DNA from: a virus | Taxonomy: Duplodnaviria; Caudoviricetes | Length of the DNA: 58,261 bases | IMG/VR virus record: IMGVR_UViG_3300032240_000532 | Location: 1-58,261 of that record | Direction: 5' to 3' (one strand) | In this document: piece by piece, positions 52,285 to 58,261 of the stretch | Position numbering within the stretch: the first letter of the stretch is position 1 | Layout of the letters: every line of letters begins with the position of its first letter | Made by a program: the position numbers and the translations under genes | The notes under the pieces: generated by a model | Told to the model about the DNA's origin: nothing | Seen by the model: only the letters and a program-made list of their open reading frames with translations | The model's database searches: none

Positions 52285-54726
52285 ATGGCAATCGAAAAGA
52301 GTCTGTACCAAGCGCCTCAAGGTTTAGATAGTCTGGCAGAGCAAATGCCAGATATTGAAATTGAGATTGAAGACCCAGAGGCGGTTCATTTAGATATGGA
52401 CGGCATTGAAATCGACATTGAAAAAGGCGAAGGCGATTTAGACTTCAATGCCAACCTTGTCGAGTATCTTGATGACGATGTCGTTGAAGAAATCGTAGGC
52501 GACTTGGTTGGAGACTTTGACGATGACGTAGCCTCTCGCCGTGACTGGATGCAGACCTATGTCGATGGACTTGAACTCCTCGGCATGAAGATTGAAGAGC
52601 GCACAGACCCTTGGCCCGGAGCCTGTGGCGTTTATCACCCGCTTCTCTCAGAAGCCTTGGTGAAGTTCCAAGCCGAAACCATCATGGAAATCATGCCAGC
52701 GGCTGGCCCCGTTAAGACGGAAATCATTGGCAAAGAAACACCCGAAAAAAAAGATGCGGCGGTTCGAGTTCAGAATGACATGAACTATCAAATCACTGAC
52801 GTGATGACTGAGTATCGCCCTGAGACAGAGCGCATGCTGTGGGGCTTGGGACTGGCGGGTAATGCGTTCAAGAAGGTCTACTATGACCCCAACTTTGAGC
52901 GTCAGATGTCCATCTTCATTCCCGCTGAGGATGTGGTTGTGCCTTATGGTGCTTCCAACCTTGAGACGGCAGAGCGTGTAACGCACGTGATGCGCAAAAC
53001 AGAAAACGATTTGCGCAAGTTGCAAGTTGCTGGTTTTTATGCTGACATTGATTTGGGAGAACCCAACAATGTCATGGACGAAGTTGAAAAGAAAATTGCG
53101 GAGAAGATGGGTTTCCGTGCAACCTCAGACAGCAGATACAAACTGCTTGAGATGCACGTTAACTTGGACATCGAAGGATATGAACATAAGGATGAGAATG
53201 GAGAACCGACAGGCATTGCATTGCCGTATGTGGTCACAATTGAAAAGGGTAGCAACAAGTGTTTGGCTATCCGTCGCAATTGGAAAGAGGGCGATGAGAC
53301 TTATCAGAAGCGCCAGCACTTTGTGCACTATGGATACGTTCCGGGCTTTGGGTTTTATTGTTTTGGCCTCATTCACCTTGTGGGCGCTTTTGCTAAGTCT
53401 GGTACTTCTATTATCAGACAACTTGTTGATGCAGGTACATTGTCCAACCTCCCCGGTGGTTTTAAGACTCGTGGGTTGCGAGTTAAAGGTGATGACACAC
53501 CAATAGCGCCAGCAGAGTTCCGTGACGTGGATGTGCCGTCTGGAACCATCAAAGACAACATCATGACCCTGCCCTACAAGGAGCCAAGCCAAGTCTTGTC
53601 TTCCTTGCTGGACAAGATTGTCGAAGAGGGTCGCCGCTTTGCCAATGCCGCAGACATGCAGGTGTCGGACATGTCATCCAACTCCCCAGTGGGTACAACG
53701 TTGGCAATCCTTGAGCGAACCATGAAGGTGATGAGTGCGGTTCAAGCCCGTATCCATTATTCTTTAAAACAAGAGTTGCGTTTGCTCAAAGACATTATTC
53801 GTGACTACACACCAGAGGAGTATCCGTATGAACCTGAATTGGGTGACCGCAAGGCTAAGAAGTCTGACTATGATTTGGTCGATGTCATACCCGTGTCAGA
53901 CCCGAATGCGGCTACGCTTTCTCAGAAAGTTGTCCAATACCAAGCGGTCATTCAACTTGCGCAGACAGCGCCGCAACTCTACGACCTAGCCTACCTGCAC
54001 CGTCAGATGCTTGAGGTTCTTGGCATCAAGAATCCTCAGAAGTTGGTGAAGTTGGAAGACGACCAAGAGCCTCTTGACCCCATCAGTGAAAACATGAATG
54101 CGGTCAATGGCAAGCCCATGAAGGCATTCATCTACCAAGACCATGATGCCCATATTGCGGCTCACCAAGCATTCATGACTGACCCCGTGGTCACCAAAAC
54201 TATTGGTCAGAACCCACAGGCCAATCAAATTACTGCGGCCTTGCAAGCGCACATGGCAGAGCACTTGGGCTTTCAGTACCGCTCACAGATTGAAAAACAA
54301 CTGGGCGTTACCTTGCCAGAACCCGGCAAGACTTTGCCAGAACAGGTCGAGGTCGAGTTGTCCCGTCTGGTGGCTACCGCTTCTCAGCAATTGCTTCAAA
54401 TCCACAAGAGCGACGAAGCAAAACAAAAAGCCGACGAGCAAGCCAAAGACCCGCTGGTTCAAATGCAACAGCAAGAGTTGCAAATCAAACAGCAGGACAT
54501 TCAGCGCAAAGCCGCCAAGGACCAAACCGATGCACAGGCTCGCATGGCACAAATCCAAACCGAACAACAACGAATCCAAAGCCAAGCCGATATGGAACGT
54601 CTAAAGATGAACGTCAATGCACAGAAGTTTGCCGCAGACTACCAGCACGACTTGGAGTTGGAGAAGATGCGCCTTGGGGTCAAGGCCGCAATCGAAGACG
54701 CAAAGTTAGGAGGAAAACTTGATTGA
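52285..54726 (+). CDS. Portal protein (P22-like, long C-terminal Q-rich barrel)
   Basis: 813 aa directly after TerL; GNAFKKVYYD, LVDAGTLSNLP; Q-rich coiled C-terminus. Confidence 0.85.
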   Translation: MAIEKSLYQAPQGLDSLAEQMPDIEIEIEDPEAVHLDMDGIEIDIEKGEGDLDFNANLVEYLDDDVVEEIVGDLVGDFDDDVASRRDWMQTYVDGLELLGMKIEERTDPWPGACGVYHPLLSEALVKFQAETIMEIMPAAGPVKTEIIGKETPEKKDAAVRVQNDMNYQITDVMTEYRPETERMLWGLGLAGNAFKKVYYDPNFERQMSIFIPAEDVVVPYGASNLETAERVTHVMRKTENDLRKLQVAGFYADIDLGEPNNVMDEVEKKIAEKMGFRATSDSRYKLLEMHVNLDIEGYEHKDENGEPTGIALPYVVTIEKGSNKCLAIRRNWKEGDETYQKRQHFVHYGYVPGFGFYCFGLIHLVGAFAKSGTSIIRQLVDAGTLSNLPGGFKTRGLRVKGDDTPIAPAEFRDVDVPSGTIKDNIMTLPYKEPSQVLSSLLDKIVEEGRRFANAADMQVSDMSSNSPVGTTLAILERTMKVMSAVQARIHYSLKQELRLLKDIIRDYTPEEYPYEPELGDRKAKKSDYDLVDVIPVSDPNAATLSQKVVQYQAVIQLAQTAPQLYDLAYLHRQMLEVLGIKNPQKLVKLEDDQEPLDPISENMNAVNGKPMKAFIYQDHDAHIAAHQAFMTDPVVTKTIGQNPQANQITAALQAHMAEHLGFQYRSQIEKQLGVTLPEPGKTLPEQVEVELSRLVATASQQLLQIHKSDEAKQKADEQAKDPLVQMQQQELQIKQQDIQRKAAKDQTDAQARMAQIQTEQQRIQSQADMERLKMNVNAQKFAADYQHDLELEKMRLGVKAAIEDAKLGGKLD

Positions 54727-54916
54727 CAAAACCCTTAAACACCTCATCGGTCAAATCGACGAGAAGGTGACACAAATTCAGAACGCCCTTGGGGACGGAA
54801 GTCCCAAAGACTGGGCTGAATACAGAGCGATGGTCGGAGAGATAAAAGGTCTTCTCACTGCCCGTTTAAACATGATAGACCTACAAAAAAACATCGAGGA
54901 ATCTGATGACGACTGA
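54719..54916 (+). CDS. Small hypothetical protein
   Basis: aggagg RBS; EYRAMVGEIKGL. Confidence 0.7.
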   Translation: MIDKTLKHLIGQIDEKVTQIQNALGDGSPKDWAEYRAMVGEIKGLLTARLNMIDLQKNIEESDDD

Positions 54917-55322
54917 CATCCTACTGGCTACCAACCCAGACAACCCTGTGATTATTGGGTCGTTTCACAAGCCCCAAGAAGAGAAAGCAAAACAACTTCC
55001 TAAACCAAGCGGATACCACATCTTGTGCGCCATCCCTGAACAGGAAGAAACCATCGAAGGCACTACGTTGATTAAACCAACGGAGACAATTCGATACGAA
55101 GAGATGTTAACTACTGTGCTGTTTGTGGTCGCCCTCGGCCCAGACTGCTACACCGACAAAGACCGCTATCCCACAGGACCGTGGTGCAAGGTCGGTGACT
55201 TCATCCTTGTCCGTCCCAATGTTGGTTCTCGCCTTGTCATTCATGGCAAAGAGTTCCGCATGATTAATGAAGACACGGTCGAGGGAACGGTAGACGACCC
55301 CCGAGGAATTAAACGCAAATAA
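54906..55322 (+). CDS. GroES/Cpn10-like co-chaperonin
   Basis: PKPSGYHIL...VVALGPD...KVGDFIL...GKEFRMINED. Confidence 0.78.
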   Translation: MTTDILLATNPDNPVIIGSFHKPQEEKAKQLPKPSGYHILCAIPEQEETIEGTTLIKPTETIRYEEMLTTVLFVVALGPDCYTDKDRYPTGPWCKVGDFILVRPNVGSRLVIHGKEFRMINEDTVEGTVDDPRGIKRK

Positions 55323-55333
55323 GGAGTTTAAAC

Positions 55334-56290
55334 ATGGCTGAATACAAAGGCGACGAATTTAAATTCCCAGATGAACTTGAAGATGAAATCAAGGAACACT
55401 CTGAGGAATTAAAAAAAGAAAAAGAACAAGAGAGTTCTTTTGAAATTGAAGTCATAGACGATACGCCTGAGAAAGACCGTAACGTCAAACCCATCCCCAA
55501 AGAAAAGCGGGATGAACTCTATGACGATGAACTGCAAGACTATTCTGCAAAAGTAAAACAAAAACTAATGCAGATGAAAAAACTTGCTCACGATGAGCGC
55601 CGAGAGAAAGAACAGGCGTTCCGTGAACAACAAGAGGCGGTTGCTTTTGCGCAACGAGTTTCTGAAGAGAATAAACGCCTCAAGCAACTTGCCAATGAGC
55701 ACGAGAAGAACGTTCTCATGTCCGTTACCAGAGCGGTTGAACTGGAAATGGAGCAAGCCAAGCGAGCATACAAAGAAGCGTATGACGCAGGTGATACTGA
55801 CAAGGTATTAGAAGCCCAGCAGAAAATGACTGAGGCGGCTATGAAACAGGAAAAGGTAAGAAATTACCGTCCTACCCCTTTACAAGTCGAAGAACCTGTT
55901 GTACAAATGAGGCAACCAGTGGTGCAAGCGCCACGCCCTGACAATTCCGCTATTGATTGGCAACAAGAAAATCAGTGGTTTGGTCAAGATAAGTTGATGA
56001 CTGGAATGGCTTTGGCCCTCCATGAACAACTTAAAGAAGAGGGTGTTGCGCTATCATCCAAAGAATACTATCGACGCATTGATGAAACAATGCGACAACG
56101 CTTTCCAGAGAAGTTTGCTTCTCGAACAAACGAGGAAACTCGTACACGTCCCAGCACGGTTGTAGCGTCTGCTACCCGGAGCACATCCCCCAAGAAAATC
56201 CGACTGACCCAGTCACAACTGGCTATTTCGAAGAAACTTGGCTTAACGCCAGAGCAATACGCTCAGGCTGTACTCAAAATGGAGGCTTAA
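55334..56290 (+). CDS. Putative capsid scaffolding protein
   Basis: Acidic coiled-coil protein between portal and capsid; C-terminal LTQSQLAISKKLGLTPEQYA. Confidence 0.7.
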   Translation: MAEYKGDEFKFPDELEDEIKEHSEELKKEKEQESSFEIEVIDDTPEKDRNVKPIPKEKRDELYDDELQDYSAKVKQKLMQMKKLAHDERREKEQAFREQQEAVAFAQRVSEENKRLKQLANEHEKNVLMSVTRAVELEMEQAKRAYKEAYDAGDTDKVLEAQQKMTEAAMKQEKVRNYRPTPLQVEEPVVQMRQPVVQAPRPDNSAIDWQQENQWFGQDKLMTGMALALHEQLKEEGVALSSKEYYRRIDETMRQRFPEKFASRTNEETRTRPSTVVASATRSTSPKKIRLTQSQLAISKKLGLTPEQYAQAVLKMEA

Positions 56291-56740
56291 ATGGCTTACA
56301 ACAAAAAACCCCGTGAACTTGAAACCCGTGCACAAGAGGTGCGCCCCATGCAGTGGAAGCCTCCTGAGTTGTTGCCAGAACCTGACAAACAACCCGGTTA
56401 CAAGTACAGATGGATTCGTGTTTCTCTTTTGAACAGTCCTGACCCTCGCAATATCTCTCGCTCACTGCGAGAAGGTTACGAGCCAGTGCCAGTGGAAGAG
56501 CAACCAAAGTTTAAACTGCTAATCGACCGAAACAGCCAGTTCACTGGCAATATCGAAATCGGTGGGTTGTTGTTATGCAAGGCTCCTGAAGAAATGATGG
56601 AAGCCAGAGCCAAGTACTACGATGATATGACTCGTGCACAGGCTGATGCTGTTGACAACAATTTAATGCGCCAAAGCGATGCGAGGATGCCGCTCTTCCA
56701 AGAGCGTAAGTCTTCGACGAGTTTTGGAAAAGGTACTTAA
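56291..56740 (+). CDS. Hypothetical head-region protein
   Basis: WKPPELLP...YRWIR...EGYEPV...GGLLLCK. Confidence 0.7.
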   Translation: MAYNKKPRELETRAQEVRPMQWKPPELLPEPDKQPGYKYRWIRVSLLNSPDPRNISRSLREGYEPVPVEEQPKFKLLIDRNSQFTGNIEIGGLLLCKAPEEMMEARAKYYDDMTRAQADAVDNNLMRQSDARMPLFQERKSSTSFGKGT

Positions 56741-56757
56741 TCTCTAGGAGTGTTTAA

Positions 56758-57597
56758 ATGGCTTATCCTCAAGTTGCCGCCCCGTACGGCCTGAAGCCAA
56801 TTAACCTAATCGGTGGTCAAGTGTTTGCTGGTGCGACTCGCAGTCTCCCCATCCAATACGGCTACGCTACCGACATCGGTTATGGCGATTTCGTGAAGTT
56901 GGTTCGTGGAACTATCCAACGTCAAGCAGTTTCTACCGCAGGTGGAGCCGCTGGCATGGTCGGTATTTTCCTCGGCTGTTCTTTCACCAACCCTGTCACC
57001 AAGCAAAAGACCTTCAGCCAATACTGGCCCTCTGGTACTGCCGCTGGTGATGCTGTCGCTATCGTTTGCGACGACCCTGACACCGTGTTTAAAGCGGTTG
57101 TTTGCTCTGCTAGTACAACTGTCGCTTCTGGCTCTATCGCCATGATTGGTCAGAACTACCAGATGATTGACAACAACCCCAACTTGAACACTGGTGATTC
57201 GAACAACGCTTTGTTGTACTCGGCTACTTTGACCACTGGCACATTCGCTATGCGAGCCGTGGGCGTGGTTCCTGATACCGCAATCGTGACTTCGGCTACT
57301 GGTAGTTCTTCTAGCACTACCATCACCCTGACTGGCTCCGGTTTGCCTAGCGCAATCCCTGTCGGTACGGATGTGGCTTATGTCGCTTCGAACGGTCAGT
57401 TGATTGAAACAGGTTCTTTCGTGTCTGTTGCCGCCACCGCTGGTGCGACTTCAATCACGATTAACTCTGCAATCGCAGTTCCCGGTAGCGTTACCGCTAT
57501 TCCGGCTTCTTCAACTATTGTGTTTACTCAGTATCCTGAGATGTTGGTGAAAATCAACTTCGGTATCCATGAGTACTACACTGCTACTGCCGTTTAA
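56758..57597 (+). CDS. Putative capsid decoration/minor head protein
   Basis: 279 aa, beta-rich, immediately upstream of the capsid gene. Confidence 0.6.
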   Translation: MAYPQVAAPYGLKPINLIGGQVFAGATRSLPIQYGYATDIGYGDFVKLVRGTIQRQAVSTAGGAAGMVGIFLGCSFTNPVTKQKTFSQYWPSGTAAGDAVAIVCDDPDTVFKAVVCSASTTVASGSIAMIGQNYQMIDNNPNLNTGDSNNALLYSATLTTGTFAMRAVGVVPDTAIVTSATGSSSSTTITLTGSGLPSAIPVGTDVAYVASNGQLIETGSFVSVAATAGATSITINSAIAVPGSVTAIPASSTIVFTQYPEMLVKINFGIHEYYTATAV

Positions 57598-57610
57598 GGA
57601 GTGATATAAC

Positions 57611-58261
57611 ATGGCTATCTCTCGTGCCCAACTACTGAAAGAACTCCTGCCCGGCTTGAATGCGCTGTTTGGTTTGGAATACGCCCGTTACGGTGAAGAG
57701 CATAAAGAAATTTATGAAACTGAAACCTCTGAGCGTTCTTTCGAAGAAGAAACTAAGTTGTCTGGTTTCTCTGCCGCTCCTGTCAAGGCTGAAGGCTCTG
57801 CCATCGCTTATGACAATGCGCAGGAAGCATGGACTGCTCGCTACAACCACGAAACCATTGCTTTGGGTTTTTCGCTGACCGAAGAGGCCATCGAAGACAA
57901 CTTGTACGACAGCCTGTCTGCTCGTTACACCAAAGGTTTGGCTCGTGCTATGGCATACACCAAGCAGGTGAAAGCCGCCGCTACCTTGAACAACGGCTTC
58001 AGCGCCGCTTACACAGGTGGTGATGGCGTGGCATTGTTCAGCACTGCTCACCCTCTGGTGTCTGGTGGTACTAACGCAAACACTCCTTCTACCCAATCTG
58101 ACTTGAACGAAACATCGTTGGAAAACGCTGTGATTCAAATCGCTGGTTGGACAGACGAGCGTGGTTTGCTGATTGCCGCTAAACCTAAGAAGTTGATTGT
58201 TCCTCCTGCATTGCAGTTTGTTGCAACTCGTTTGCTCGAAACTTCTCTGCGTGTTGGTACA
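57611..58261 (+). CDS. Major capsid protein (Mu gpT-like), N-terminal part; ~303 aa after circularisation (not in ORF track)
   Basis: aaggag RBS; MAISRAQLLKELLPGLNALFGLEY...EEAIEDNLY...DGVALFSTAHP; open to the window end. Confidence 0.9.
   Translation, partial: MAISRAQLLKELLPGLNALFGLEYARYGEEHKEIYETETSERSFEEETKLSGFSAAPVKAEGSAIAYDNAQEAWTARYNHETIALGFSLTEEAIEDNLYDSLSARYTKGLARAMAYTKQVKAAATLNNGFSAAYTGGDGVALFSTAHPLVSGGTNANTPSTQSDLNETSLENAVIQIAGWTDERGLLIAAKPKKLIVPPALQFVATRLLETSLRVGT
58139..58261. repeat. Terminal overlap identical to 1-123
   Basis: Direct sequence identity. Confidence 0.95.

Noticed and set aside
58139-58261. 123-bp terminal repeat as a biological direct terminal repeat
   Set aside because: It falls in the middle of the capsid gene, and merging the ends restores the reading frame, which indicates an assembler overlap on a circular or permuted genome.
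1-58261. Genome-wide stop-codon reassignment
   Set aside because: Genes are intact and tightly coupled under the standard code with TAA, TGA and TAG all used as stops. Only the single junction at 43911 is suggestive.
1-58261. Specific host or taxonomic assignment, and a temperate lifestyle
   Set aside because: Gram-negative-type lysis genes and sigma70-like promoters are only suggestive. No integrase, att site or host flank is visible, and no database comparison was possible.

Overview
The window is an apparently complete, circularly assembled ~58.1-kb genome of a tailed dsDNA phage with a podovirus-like gene layout. Bases 1-123 repeat 58139-58261, and the major capsid gene runs in frame across the junction. 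The + strand late region encodes TerS, TerL, portal, a GroES-like protein, scaffold, a Mu gpT-like capsid, small basic proteins, adaptors, a modular tail fibre with an S74 chaperone domain, lysis genes, a tail-tube/stabilisation protein and four large putative ejection proteins, including a 2894-aa polyvalent protein. The - strand carries recombination genes (ERF-like, PD-(D/E)XK exonuclease, SSB-like, Ref-like) and a MoxR/CobS AAA+-VWA-metallopeptidase module. RusA, a small HNH protein and a T7 gp4-like primase-helicase lie on the + strand between them. I recognised no DNA polymerase, integrase or CRISPR array. Five observations stand out. (1) An acyl carrier protein and a catalytically intact beta-ketoacyl synthase sit, translationally coupled, in the virion module just before the ejection proteins. 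(2) The palindrome GTTTAAAC occurs about 47 times (about 1 expected), including in a promoter, RBS spacers and terminator loops. (3) A candidate ~70-nt sRNA is complementary to an extended Shine-Dalgarno (GGAGGCUCA) shared by five early/replication genes. (4) A tRNA-like/multibranch RNA is followed directly by a near-consensus parS site. (5) An aromatic/Met-x-x-GG motif is shared by small basic proteins and ejection proteins. All family calls come from motif recognition by eye, not database searches.
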